This document shows positions 1 to 9,329 of a stretch of 64,000 nucleotides of DNA, one piece after another (the stretch's first letter is position 1; every line of letters begins with the position of its first letter). A program made the translations under genes and the position numbers. The notes beneath the pieces were generated by a model, which was not told the DNA's origin, did no database searches, and worked only from the letters and a program-made list of their open reading frames with translations. Location of the stretch: IMG/VR virus record IMGVR_UViG_3300020036_003824. One strand, 5' to 3'. Origin of the DNA: an uncultured virus (IMG/VR IMGVR_UViG_3300020036_003824) (Duplodnaviria > Heunggongvirae > Uroviricota > Caudoviricetes).

Positions 1-121
1 CCGTTTTGATAATTATGCTCACAAATAGAACACGGTTTACCCTTATTGCCTTTGCAGCCGTTTCGCTGCCTGAATACCGGCTTTCCGATATGGTCGATGA
101 AAAATTGTAGGCGGGTCATTT
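1..121. repeat. Exact direct repeat of 62197-62317 (circular overlap / start of second genome copy)
   Basis: Base-by-base identity from ccgttttgataatt to gcgggtcattt; the copies diverge at base 122 versus 62318. Confidence 0.95.
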
Positions 122-427
122 TATCTGAATTGTTTCAATGGGCTTTTCATTCTCAATAAACAAGCCAACGTCTTTTTGGTCTGCGTACGCGCTCATTACG
201 GCGTAGTAAACATCCTGCGATCCTATCACAAATCCTATTTCGTCTCTGTGGAACCATCTTCCGCCTCCGTACACGCTGCCTTCCGGGCGGATAGAGGCAT
301 AAAAACCGCTACCCCTGCAATTTGAATCGTACCCGCCGGAAACAATCTTCCCCTTAATTATATTTGAGAATACATCTTCCGGCTTTGCCAGCCTTGCAAT
401 ATAGTCGTTCAAAACAAATATAGTCAT
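116..427 (-). CDS. Hypothetical protein, allele-specific (absent from second copy)
   Basis: 103-aa ORF with ATGA overlaps to both neighbours. Confidence 0.7.
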   Translation of the reverse strand: MTIFVLNDYIARLAKPEDVFSNIIKGKIVSGGYDSNCRGSGFYASIRPEGSVYGGGRWFHRDEIGFVIGSQDVYYAVMSAYADQKDVGLFIENEKPIETIQIK

Positions 428-672
428 CTTGCTTTTATTTTATCTCTCAAAACCGCCGCCAGTTCGTAATCTTCTTTTTCTATTGCCCGGCGTAGTTGAG
501 ATCGTAAAGAATTGTCAGGCTTTTCAAAAGCGCAGCCGATGGTGAATGAGATAGCGCCCATGATTTGCAGCCACATTGCAAGACGCTCCATTTCCTCTCT
601 TTCTCTTTGTATCCGCTTTCTTTTGCGGCGAAGAAAAAAGAGTTTGATTTTGCGGTATAGATTCATTCCCAA
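424..672 (-). CDS. Small protein with hydrophobic segment and C-terminal UVR (UvrB/C) motif
   Basis: LRSQLRRAIEKEDYELAAVLRDKIK motif; conserved in copy 62389-62637. Confidence 0.75.
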   Translation of the reverse strand: MGMNLYRKIKLFFLRRKRKRIQREREEMERLAMWLQIMGAISFTIGCAFEKPDNSLRSQLRRAIEKEDYELAAVLRDKIKAR

Positions 673-890
673 AAGCCTTGTTTAATAAATTTTCCGTTTT
701 CGTCAAAAAATACGTCCGAATGAAAAGGCGTGTAACCATCAAAGTCGCTATTTTCTTCGTCCGGTTCTGCCCACATGGTAATAACTATTTCTGCATTTGG
801 ATAGCGGCGAATATCATCCTGGATTTCTTTTGGCTTCAATTCTATGCCAAAAGATTTATAAAGGTCGATAAATTTTTGTAGGTCTGTCAT
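663..890 (-). CDS. Hypothetical protein
   Basis: 75-aa ORF conserved with few substitutions at 62628-62855. Confidence 0.75.
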   Translation of the reverse strand: MTDLQKFIDLYKSFGIELKPKEIQDDIRRYPNAEIVITMWAEPDEENSDFDGYTPFHSDVFFDENGKFIKQGFWE

Positions 891-1372
891 TCGTTCGGAA
901 AGTTAAGGTTTGCAAATTCGCCAAATAACTCTTTGGCCTTTTGATCGTATGCGCGGGCGGCATCTTCGGGCGTGTCGTATGTACCGATGTAAAGCCTTTC
1001 CCCATTAGCCATTAATTTTGACTGCCATCTTCCGTTAGGGGTTCTGTATGCGCCTTTAAGGCCGTGTGCATTTCCCTTTCGGGGCTTTCTATTCATAAGG
1101 TTTTGAGCCTGACTGCAAAGCCTTAAATTTTCGCGTCTGTTATCGAGTTGATCGCCGTTGATGTGGTCAACTTTTATATTCCTATCCGTAACCCCCATTA
1201 TTTGCCTGTGCAAATATATATTGCCGTTCTTTCCGCATTCAGTAGGCTTATACCTCTTTATGTATATTCCGTGCCTCCGAACATCTACAAACCATTTGTA
1301 CTTCATCAACTCTTCAAAATCACAATCATCAACGATTGCAAAATAGCCTTTCGTTAAAGGTATCAATTTCAT
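887..1372 (-). CDS. HNH endonuclease with C-terminal AP2 DNA-binding domain
   Basis: MKLIPLTKGYFAIVDD start, VDHINGDQLDNRRENLR HNH motif, YIGTYDTPEDAARAYD AP2 motif; start moved to ATG at 1372. Confidence 0.9.
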   Translation of the reverse strand: MKLIPLTKGYFAIVDDCDFEELMKYKWFVDVRRHGIYIKRYKPTECGKNGNIYLHRQIMGVTDRNIKVDHINGDQLDNRRENLRLCSQAQNLMNRKPRKGNAHGLKGAYRTPNGRWQSKLMANGERLYIGTYDTPEDAARAYDQKAKELFGEFANLNFPNE

Positions 1373-1383
1373 AAAAAACGAAA

Positions 1384-1460
1384 GAGCCGGAAACGCAAAG
1401 CATGGATAAGATGCTAAGCAAAACCGGCTCAATTTATCTTTAACCACCTTATCCGTGGCT
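1384..1460 (-). ncRNA. Putative cis-regulatory leader RNA: two hairpins with complementary 7-nt loops
   Basis: Loops GGATAAG (1404-1410) and CTTATCC (1448-1454); same structure with different sequence at 63348-63424. Confidence 0.7.
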
Positions 1461-1483
1461 TGTCGTTTGACTTTCAAAAGATA

Positions 1484-2836
1484 CTACTTTATTTTCAAAG
1501 GCCGCTTAAAATTTGCATTTTTAGTTGAAGGGTTTTTGACTGCTATGCCAACTGCTTTTGAAGCGTGCGCAGTTAAGTGCGCTTTGAGTGCTGATACTGC
1601 CGGTTTGGGCTTAAATCCTGTAGCCTGACTTGAATAAATGCCGCTTGTTTCAAATTGCCCGCCGTCGGCAGCGCCTAAATCGTCGTGGATATTGAAAATA
1701 AAGACCGCATCAACGCCGTATTCTTTGTACTTCTGGATTGTTTCAATTAGCGCGTCCGATTGCGCCTGTTCATCGCTTTTCCCGTTCCTTCCTACAATGT
1801 GCATTTGAGACGGGGCTTTTGTGTCGTACCCGCATTCTCCTATCCAAAGCGGCAAACCTTTACTTTTGAAGATTTGTACCATCTCTTTTGCACTCACAAA
1901 GTTTTTGTCTTCCGATGGTGGGCAACCTCCGCTATTTTCCCAATCCTGTGGGAATTGCTTTTCTTTTTGCTTTCTATTTGAGTAGTGATGAAGTTGGGCA
2001 ATTTTGCAGGGCCATTTTTTGTCCTTACGGTTTTTTGTAAACCACTTGTCCATTAACTCGACACATTCAAAATCAAAATCTTCCAATCCTGGCATTACTA
2101 CTATCATATTCGGGTCGGCTGTCAGAATCCCAACGCCCGGCCCCATTGTACCCTCGTGACCGTCGTAACACGCTGACATCATGGCTGCAAGCGTTTCAGG
2201 CTCTATGTAGGCTTCCGTTCCTTTTAGCCAAAACTTTCGTTCGTTCCAAACCTCCATGTATTTCAACAGATTCAGGCCTGATTTTTTTTCTGTCAAATCT
2301 CCGTTCCACCTGCTTTCGGGGTCTGTTTGCAAAACAGAATCAGGATATTTCACAGAGCCGTACCGGGCGGCTATCTGGAAAAGGTAAGAGGCATAATCTT
2401 TAAAAGATTTTGGGTCGTCTCTTTTTGCCCCGGCTGGAATAGGCGCAAAATCGTTATTGCCGTCTGTCCTTCCGGTGTTCCGGTACCACTCCGGGGTTTG
2501 ATGGTTTGTCCAAAGGACATTTTTGCCCGCTGCTTTGGCTTTCTGCAAAAAGTCATCCATGCCCCATGCTTCGGGCGTTCCGGCTTGGTATAGCGGCTGG
2601 ATATGCAAACCTTTCGGCCTCCACCCCCAGCCGCTTGCAAAATAGCATCGAATCCACCCCAAACGGGCATTTGTCCATAGTTGGATAGGTGACCATGGAA
2701 AGCCGTTTGCGCCTATTTTAAATCCGGTAGATGGGGGCGGAGTACCCGGATCGCCTGGATTGGCCGGGGGCGTAGTATCACCGACCTCAATTTCAAAAGA
2801 CTGGGCCGGAATATTTACTTTTATTTTATTTGTCAT
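1484..2836 (-). CDS. Clan GH-A (GH5/GH39-like TIM barrel) glycoside hydrolase-like protein
   Basis: EVWNE acid/base and LWIGECGY nucleophile motifs; Pro-rich N-terminal linker. Confidence 0.7.
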   Translation of the reverse strand: MTNKIKVNIPAQSFEIEVGDTTPPANPGDPGTPPPSTGFKIGANGFPWSPIQLWTNARLGWIRCYFASGWGWRPKGLHIQPLYQAGTPEAWGMDDFLQKAKAAGKNVLWTNHQTPEWYRNTGRTDGNNDFAPIPAGAKRDDPKSFKDYASYLFQIAARYGSVKYPDSVLQTDPESRWNGDLTEKKSGLNLLKYMEVWNERKFWLKGTEAYIEPETLAAMMSACYDGHEGTMGPGVGILTADPNMIVVMPGLEDFDFECVELMDKWFTKNRKDKKWPCKIAQLHHYSNRKQKEKQFPQDWENSGGCPPSEDKNFVSAKEMVQIFKSKGLPLWIGECGYDTKAPSQMHIVGRNGKSDEQAQSDALIETIQKYKEYGVDAVFIFNIHDDLGAADGGQFETSGIYSSQATGFKPKPAVSALKAHLTAHASKAVGIAVKNPSTKNANFKRPLKIK

Positions 2837-3053
2837 GTTTTTACGATTGATTCACAGTTGCACCCCTGCTCTGTATCGTTCGTAAAATCAATTTAAGCAA
2901 AAAGAAAGATCACATCTCGCTTTCCCATCCGATAGACTGCACCAACCATTTCCAAGGCACATCTTGAATGTATGTCTTGGTATTTTTGGTCAATCAAATA
3001 TCACAAAGTTATTAGGATGTTTGTTCCTGACGCGAAGGTGTATTCGTTGGCTT

Positions 3054-3791
3054 TTAATATCTCTCTTCATGCTGATTTATTTTTACCCGTAACTGATTCT
3101 CATTAACTGGTTCGGTTTCAATCCCGATCTGCAAAAGCAGAAATGCGAGGTCTTCAGCGGTTTTCGTGTGGAAAAAGAAAGTGTGCAAGTTTTCGGGCAG
3201 CCAGTGTTCCAGTGTATTGCCGTAGACCTTCCCGGCTCCGATCCAATCGGCTACCATTTCAACCAGGTAGATGCGCGGAATATCGAAGGCGCGTATTTCT
3301 CCTGATCGCTGCGAAGACAGCCAATATTCCGGATGGTGTTCATTGTGGTTTTTGTGGTGCAGCCATGCTCGCTCCATGCGGACATCCAGTTTTTCATACT
3401 TCTTTTTGAAGTCGTGAAAAGCGTATCCGAATGTTTCGTTCGCGGAGAACTTTGAGATGTCATGCAGCCATAGATTGTCCTGCCAAACTTCCATATTTTC
3501 ACGCACGAACGGCATAAACCATTCGCTCTTTGCCATTTCCATACCGGCCATGTAGACGGCGGTTTTATGGGGTAAAACGACTGATTGCAGGTATTGGTGT
3601 ACTGTCCAGTATTTCAGGTCGTCGCTGTATTCAAAGTCTTCAACTACAAACCTGCCGAATAATACTTCCGCAAACTCTTCCGGGTCGCCGAAAGAGACAG
3701 ACTTACAGAACGGCGCGAACAACTGATCCGTCCAAGCCTTTCTACACTCATGATTATTCCTGTAAAGATTTTTATTCATGGCATAAGTCAT
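3054..3791 (-). CDS. DUF5662-like HD-related protein
   Basis: WLHDISKFS...AWLHHKNHNEHHPEYW...EMVADW motifs. Confidence 0.75.
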   Translation of the reverse strand: MTYAMNKNLYRNNHECRKAWTDQLFAPFCKSVSFGDPEEFAEVLFGRFVVEDFEYSDDLKYWTVHQYLQSVVLPHKTAVYMAGMEMAKSEWFMPFVRENMEVWQDNLWLHDISKFSANETFGYAFHDFKKKYEKLDVRMERAWLHHKNHNEHHPEYWLSSQRSGEIRAFDIPRIYLVEMVADWIGAGKVYGNTLEHWLPENLHTFFFHTKTAEDLAFLLLQIGIETEPVNENQLRVKINQHEERY

Positions 3792-3994
3792 TCAAATTCA
3801 ACATCCGTATCTCTTAATCGGTTCACCAATCCCTGCAAGCGCTGGCGTCCGTTTTGGTGCAGCCAATTGGCGCGGTCGAGGGCTTCGTATTTCCCGGCGC
3901 GCGGGGAAAGTTTTGTTTTGTCAAGCACTTCCTGAATAGTATCGATAGCCTTTTGACGCAGGCGCTCTGCTCTTTCGTCGTTTAAATCGTCCAT
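3788..3994 (-). CDS. Hypothetical protein
   Basis: 68-aa ORF, ATGA-coupled to the downstream gene. Confidence 0.6.
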   Translation of the reverse strand: MDDLNDERAERLRQKAIDTIQEVLDKTKLSPRAGKYEALDRANWLHQNGRQRLQGLVNRLRDTDVEFE

Positions 3995-4039
3995 AATTTA
4001 TGTAAATTAAATGAATTTATAAAAAAAATACGCCCTCCA

Positions 4040-4573
4040 TCATTTCAAAATGGCCAAAATTAGAAGCAAGGCTAAATAAAACATAAGCCATAACCGGAAG
4101 TAAGTGCCGGCCAAAATAAGAAACGATTCAAAAATTATGTTTGGCTCTCTTTGATTGACATATGCGATATCGTTAATGATGTTTTTTGGGACGGAATCTT
4201 CAATCTGTAACTCGATCATTGATCTCTTTAATCCTCCGTTTTGCCATTGGTACCTATTGAATGAATCTGTAATATCTTTCCCAATTCGGGATAGATTTTC
4301 TTTTACTTGCCATTCTTCCGGTGTATAGGCGCCTGCTATTTGAGAATTTCCATATTTTGCCTCATACTCAATCAGCATACCCCTTCTTTTAAAATAATCA
4401 GTTTCAGCATTATATTTTAAAAGAAAATCCAATTCGTTTTCAGATTTCTCATCAGATGCTTTTAAAATGTACTTGTTTTCTGCATTTCCGGTCTTGTATT
4501 TTGGGTTTTTAGCCCGGATAGACCTTCTCCTACTTACCATTATTTCAATGTACTCTTGCTCTTGTTCTTGCAT
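4040..4573 (-). CDS. Hypothetical protein with C-terminal transmembrane segment
   Basis: AT-rich ORF with hydrophobic C-terminus. Confidence 0.65.
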   Translation of the reverse strand: MQEQEQEYIEIMVSRRRSIRAKNPKYKTGNAENKYILKASDEKSENELDFLLKYNAETDYFKRRGMLIEYEAKYGNSQIAGAYTPEEWQVKENLSRIGKDITDSFNRYQWQNGGLKRSMIELQIEDSVPKNIINDIAYVNQREPNIIFESFLILAGTYFRLWLMFYLALLLILAILK

Positions 4574-4660
4574 TTCATGTAGTTTAAAGATTTAAAAAAA
4601 GGCGATTCACTTTCCAGCAAGCCGCCTTTATTAAACACAATGCAAAACTATTAAAAGTCT

Positions 4661-5047
4661 TTATTCGGGATTGGGCGTTGCTGCCTCAATCAGCGTGTCA
4701 ACGGTCTGGTTTACTTGGCGCGTCCACGCCTGAAGGTCGATAGCCTGGTTGAACATGCTTTCGATGATTTCCTGATTTTCGCCGCCGATGATCTCTGCCA
4801 GCGCTTCTTTCACATCCGCAGCCGTCTGTTCATCCATGTCAGGCAGCGCCTGCGTGTAAAGTCCTGCCAGTTTGATGACGCCGGTTGCGACGTTTTTCGC
4901 TTCGTCGTCCGTCAATCCTTCAATTTGCAGCGAAGTCTTGTACAGTTCGCCGTATTTCACGAAAGCGCCTTCCAGCGGGCCTTCCAGTTCCGGGCGGGTG
5001 AATTTGATCTGCTTAATGAGTAGTTCGGCAATTGCTTCGTTGAGCAT
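4661..5047 (-). CDS. Hypothetical acidic helical protein
   Basis: 128-aa ORF with upstream TATATTTG -7 box (~5088-5095) and downstream terminator-like hairpin. Confidence 0.7.
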   Translation of the reverse strand: MLNEAIAELLIKQIKFTRPELEGPLEGAFVKYGELYKTSLQIEGLTDDEAKNVATGVIKLAGLYTQALPDMDEQTAADVKEALAEIIGGENQEIIESMFNQAIDLQAWTRQVNQTVDTLIEAATPNPE

Positions 5048-5134
5048 GGGTAAATCTGTTTTGGTGTGTAAAATTGTGATTTGAACACAAATATACGAAG
5101 ATTGGCGCTTTTATTTTGAGCGGTTTAACTCCCG

Positions 5135-6100
5135 TTAGTTTGACTGCCCGCTTTGAACTTCCGGTATTGACGCTTCCAGTCCCCATTTTGTAACTACCAG
5201 GTAGCCGCCGGGGACAGGCTGCAATACAATCGGATCATCCATGTAAAAGTCGAACATGGCCGGTGCCATGCTGAGCGAACTTTTGAAGCGCAGCCGGTAA
5301 TCATCCTTTGTTTCCACCGATGATTTATATGCTTCAAACATTGTTCCCGGTGCTACTATGCACCGGCTTACACTTTTATTCAGGTCAATCCTTTTAAGTG
5401 GCAGCAGGTCATCTTCAGTGAGCCGCATTTGAACGCTTGTAATCAGGCGCATGTTGATCTGCTCAAAAGACACGTACAGGCGCGAACCGTAGTTGTGTGG
5501 GTAAATCTTCATGCAAAAAACCATCCACTCGCTGCCATCCCGATCTACCATGGCGTATAAATCCATGTAGAATCCTTCGCTATCTTTTCCAGGTACCAAA
5601 ACGAAACCTTCGCCTATCGGGATAACACTGTCCGCTTTGAACATGCCGCCAAAACGTGCCGATATTTCAAATACCAACGGGCCGTTTCCGTACGGCGCGT
5701 GTACGTTCATAGATGCTCTTTGGAATAGTTTTTCGTGAAGAAAGCGCCAAACATCCAAACCGTGAACAAGCCCGTCCGTATTTTTCAGTTTAAAAGCGTC
5801 GATTTCGCGTTGATTCTTTGCCGGTATGTTGCCGGTAAAGAGGATTGACGGTCCTACAACCAGGTTGTATTTCTTGCAGATTTGCTCTACCTGCTTTTCT
5901 GTTACAAAATTGTTTTGCGGGTATTTGAGGCGCCAATATTCCACGTTCCTTTTGAATGCGGAAACGCCCATGCCCATAGGGATAAATTCTGTCTGACTGG
6001 CAAGTGTGTCCGGCCCGTCATCGGCATCACCAATCATTTCAAGTATCTCTACCTCAAATGATTGGTGGATTCTGGCAATTACTTCCTGCTCTGCTGTCAT
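5135..6100 (-). CDS. Hypothetical phage protein
   Basis: 321-aa ORF with C-terminal DPIVLQPVPGGYLVVTKWG segment. Confidence 0.75.
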   Translation of the reverse strand: MTAEQEVIARIHQSFEVEILEMIGDADDGPDTLASQTEFIPMGMGVSAFKRNVEYWRLKYPQNNFVTEKQVEQICKKYNLVVGPSILFTGNIPAKNQREIDAFKLKNTDGLVHGLDVWRFLHEKLFQRASMNVHAPYGNGPLVFEISARFGGMFKADSVIPIGEGFVLVPGKDSEGFYMDLYAMVDRDGSEWMVFCMKIYPHNYGSRLYVSFEQINMRLITSVQMRLTEDDLLPLKRIDLNKSVSRCIVAPGTMFEAYKSSVETKDDYRLRFKSSLSMAPAMFDFYMDDPIVLQPVPGGYLVVTKWGLEASIPEVQSGQSN

Positions 6101-6414
6101 TGCTTTTTCGGTTTGAGCGCCCGCGCCTGTTCCAGAATATCCGTCAGGGTGCGTTTATCTTCGATAATGGCAGCCAACTGCCGGCGACGTTGCAAAAGTT
6201 GCTCTATAAGCGTAATTTCATCCTGCACGACCTGTTGATCCTGCCATTTCTGTTTCAGGGCAGTAGAAATGATTGCAGTGTCCAGCGGGACGGGCCTGTT
6301 TCTGCCTTGTGTGATCCGGTAGGCTCCGAGGCTGTCGCGGGTGACAATGTTTTGAGCAGCGCAGGCGGCAGAAATGGCGATGGTGAAAATCAGAATCAAT
6401 TTAAGTTTAATCAT
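6097..6414 (-). CDS. Signal-peptide-bearing coiled-coil protein
   Basis: MIKLKLILIFTIAISAACAA|Q. Confidence 0.65.
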   Translation of the reverse strand: MIKLKLILIFTIAISAACAAQNIVTRDSLGAYRITQGRNRPVPLDTAIISTALKQKWQDQQVVQDEITLIEQLLQRRRQLAAIIEDKRTLTDILEQARALKPKKQ

Positions 6415-6436
6415 GTGTTGTTGGTGTTGGTGAAAA

Positions 6437-7045
6437 TTATTTAGTGTTTCTGAATGAGTGCTTCAAATCAAAGCCGTGCGCAGAAATTTTTTCTTTATCT
6501 GTTTGATTGTTGACTACTGCGGGTTGGCTTATGAAAAAATCGTTTATCTGCATCCATGCGACTTCCGGCTCTATGGCTTTTGCAAATGAAAAGTCAGCAA
6601 GGCGCGGGTTTTTTACTATCGGGTAAATCCGCCCATCCGGACTGTTGTCTACCAACATCACGGGGCAGTTGTGCTCAATGTTCAACGTCGTGCTTTTCCC
6701 GTGTAGTTCAGGCTCGCAGTGCCGGTAGTCTACTTCATCGCTCCAGTGTATAGTGCTTTTTGAGAGATCGGTCAGCACGTCTTTGTAATCGCTGATAAAA
6801 TACACCTTGTCTTTCCAGAATGTGTAAGCATAGATAGTTCCGCAAAATGCAATCAGTTGAAAAGCAAATCGCCTGCGTGTATCAGGCTGCGAAAAAGAGG
6901 GCTTGTAAAGACCTGATTTTATCCAGCCGCCTTTTAGGCTGAAGTCTTGCATTTGGCATACGCGTTCATACGTTACAAGCGGGTCAATGCTAAATTTTGC
7001 AACTTGGTGATCGTAATAGTCTTTGAAATTAGATATGATCTTCAT
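6437..7045 (-). CDS. Hypothetical phage protein
   Basis: 202-aa ORF, IISNFKDYYD...AHGFDLKHSFR. Confidence 0.75.
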   Translation of the reverse strand: MKIISNFKDYYDHQVAKFSIDPLVTYERVCQMQDFSLKGGWIKSGLYKPSFSQPDTRRRFAFQLIAFCGTIYAYTFWKDKVYFISDYKDVLTDLSKSTIHWSDEVDYRHCEPELHGKSTTLNIEHNCPVMLVDNSPDGRIYPIVKNPRLADFSFAKAIEPEVAWMQINDFFISQPAVVNNQTDKEKISAHGFDLKHSFRNTK

Positions 7046-7048
7046 GGC

Positions 7049-7348
7049 TTAAAAAATACGGGTAATGATTCTTTCCCAGATGTATCGGATTGTTTCAAGC
7101 ATCCTTTCCCAATATGTGTCTGTTGTCCACCCGTTGACCGAATCAACCGTCCATGCAAAGAAGTGCAGGGCAAATAGCAGGATAAAAGTAATGATGGTCA
7201 GCGTCAACCACATAGGCGAACCGCTTTCATCTTCCGTTTCGTATTCATGCCCGCAGTGGCGGCATACCAAAGCGGTATCTTCTTCTTTATGGCAGGCCGG
7301 GCAGGTGTCGGGTTCGGATGGGGGTTGAATCAGGAAAATAGGAAACAT
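7049..7348 (-). CDS. Zinc-ribbon membrane protein
   Basis: CPAC...CRHC followed by a transmembrane helix. Confidence 0.7.
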   Translation of the reverse strand: MFPIFLIQPPSEPDTCPACHKEEDTALVCRHCGHEYETEDESGSPMWLTLTIITFILLFALHFFAWTVDSVNGWTTDTYWERMLETIRYIWERIITRIF

Positions 7349-7360
7349 AGGTCGTTTTAT

Positions 7361-7780
7361 TTAGCGTTTTCTTCCTTTGGTGTACTGGTTGTTGTGAGGC
7401 GAATAGAGCCTTGTGTGATCTGATTTTGACAGACATTCAAGATTTGAAATCACATTGTTCGACTTATTGTTATCAATGTGATGAATATCAAAGTTTTCGG
7501 GAATTTTACCGACTTCTTTTTCCCAAACATATCTGTGCATTAGGGTTCTATCGTCGGTGGTAAGGGCGTAATATCCGGTATCCCGGAGTGTGAATTTCTT
7601 GTCATCATAAATTTGATACGATCTAAAATTTGGCCCTCGAAGTTGAAATTTTCTTTTTTTAAATGCCTTAAAAACACATTGCCTTGTTACTCCAATTGAA
7701 GCGGCAATTTGAGCAAGTGACATTCCAGATAAGTAATCTGAATACGCAAGATCATATTCTGTATTTCGGCTTCTTCCCAT
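7361..7780 (-). CDS. HTH plus HNH endonuclease
   Basis: N-terminal MSLAQIAASIGVTRQ HTH; MHRYVW...IHHIDNNKSNNVISNLECL HNH. Confidence 0.9.
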   Translation of the reverse strand: MGRSRNTEYDLAYSDYLSGMSLAQIAASIGVTRQCVFKAFKKRKFQLRGPNFRSYQIYDDKKFTLRDTGYYALTTDDRTLMHRYVWEKEVGKIPENFDIHHIDNNKSNNVISNLECLSKSDHTRLYSPHNNQYTKGRKR

Positions 7781-7797
7781 GTGGCAAAAATAGAAAA

Positions 7798-7977
7798 TTA
7801 GGCTGGCATTAGCAAACCTTTCGGTTTTCCATAATGGTATTTTTCTGCTATTTCGGTAGCCTGTGCTGAAATATTTTTAGTCGCCTGATCTGCCCGTTGT
7901 TCGAGCGCCTTCAAAGTAAGATACTTAAAAAAGTCTTCCTCTGATGCCAGAAGGCAAATTCTGATAATTTCTTTCAT
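7798..7977 (-). CDS. Hypothetical protein
   Basis: ORF, likely start MKEII. Confidence 0.45.
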   Translation of the reverse strand: MKEIIRICLLASEEDFFKYLTLKALEQRADQATKNISAQATEIAEKYHYGKPKGLLMPA

Positions 7978-8134
7978 GCTATCATTGAAGTTTAAAGTGC
8001 TTTGAAAAAAACCATGCACACCCGGCCCAAACAATTGAAATACTTTGCCAATGGGCGCATTTCTTTCGCTTTTCGGAATCGGCGTTTATTCTCACCTCGC
8101 AGACTTATCCGCCCGGGTGCGCATGGGGTTTGGG

Positions 8135-8749
8135 TTATCTACGTTTTCTGGCCCATGGGCGTTCAAATCCTATTTCTGCCAGCCTGCGAAGGCGGGCCTT
8201 TATCACTTTCACTTCCGGCTGCTTTTCATCCGATGCGCAGGCGCATATCGCCTCATCAAACTTCACCTCACTGCTGTATCTTTCCAGTACATCGTAAACG
8301 TCGCCGTGTCCTGCAATGTGGATATATGCGTTGTCGTCTACATTTTGCAGGTAGCACACGCACACGTCGTTTTGTGGCCGTCCCAGGTAATCGTATGACC
8401 AGGTGCGGTCGTTTCTAAAATGCTGCGTGTAGGTGCGGAAATGCCAGGTGCCGTCGGGAAACTTCGCAGCGTAGTAATAATGCTGCACACGGTTAGTGGC
8501 AAAGTGCCGGTTTTCAGTATCGCTTGCAAAATCGTTCACCGTCCAAACCGGCTGCCAGCGCGGTAAATCGCAGTCGAATACAGATTCGACTTTCGCCGGG
8601 ATGAGGTGGCCGGAATTTTTCAGGTATTCAAATTCTGCCAGCGAGCATTCGCGGCGAAAGGCGCCATGGTTGGCGAAAAAGGCAAACCCGTTTTGGTAGC
8701 GGAGAAGTACGGCAAGTACGCCGGAATGAGTGAGAAATACGTTTTGCAT
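8135..8749 (-). CDS. Hypothetical early protein
   Basis: ORF downstream of the operator-promoter at 8809; start moved to MQNVF. Confidence 0.65.
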   Translation of the reverse strand: MQNVFLTHSGVLAVLLRYQNGFAFFANHGAFRRECSLAEFEYLKNSGHLIPAKVESVFDCDLPRWQPVWTVNDFASDTENRHFATNRVQHYYYAAKFPDGTWHFRTYTQHFRNDRTWSYDYLGRPQNDVCVCYLQNVDDNAYIHIAGHGDVYDVLERYSSEVKFDEAICACASDEKQPEVKVIKARLRRLAEIGFERPWARKRR

Positions 8750-8808
8750 TGTAGTAAAATTGAACTTTTGCCTACTCTTTAGATTTTCGGCATCCTCTGC
8801 TTTTAATT

Positions 8809-8845
8809 GCGTTACAAACGCAACGCTTGTCATTCAGACCGCAAA
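8809..8845 (-). promoter_or_regulatory. Bacteroidota-type promoter with overlapping palindromic operator (degenerate)
   Basis: GCGTTACAAACGCAACGC; TTTG -33 box 19 nt upstream of the -7 box. Confidence 0.6.
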
Positions 8846-8912
8846 ATATTTTTTGCTCTTTTTCAAAAAAAAACCGGGCGCGCACATTTGCAGGCCCGGC
8901 AGGTCACGGCTT

Positions 8913-9323
8913 TCAAAATGACCTTCCCATTGTAATTTCATGCAGCGACGGCCATTTTTCAGGCTTTTGAAATTCGCCGTCCTTAATCAGTCCGGCCAGA
9001 TACAGCAGTATGTCTCCATGGCAAATGCTTTCGGTTGAGCACCAACAACACACGTCACGGCCTGCGAGGGGCAAAAGCCAGCGTGTAAACGCGCCGATGT
9101 CCTCATCTGCCATATCCATGCAGTATTCGTAAAAAAGCGCTACTGCCAGGATGTTGTTTTCAACGTATACCGACTTTCTGTTTTCACGTTCGTACCTCGT
9201 TTCAGACCAATACCACTCCCCGATTTTTGCAGGGTTGCCCCAACTGCTTGGCCTGCCGACATAAATGCAGCCTTCGGGTATTCCGGGAACGGCCCGGCGC
9301 GTTCTTTGCATCCGCTTTGGCAT
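8913..9323 (-). CDS. DUF4326-family protein
   Basis: YVGRPSSWGNP...LAGRDVCCWC...CHGDIL motifs. Confidence 0.85.
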   Translation of the reverse strand: MPKRMQRTRRAVPGIPEGCIYVGRPSSWGNPAKIGEWYWSETRYERENRKSVYVENNILAVALFYEYCMDMADEDIGAFTRWLLPLAGRDVCCWCSTESICHGDILLYLAGLIKDGEFQKPEKWPSLHEITMGRSF

Positions 9324-9329
9324 ATCGCT

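Noticed and set aside
2888..3070. Small - strand ORF with an in-frame TGA at 2990-2992, suggesting stop-codon reassignment
   Set aside because: TGA serves as a normal stop in many ATGA-coupled genes; a lone short case is more likely a pseudogene or chance.
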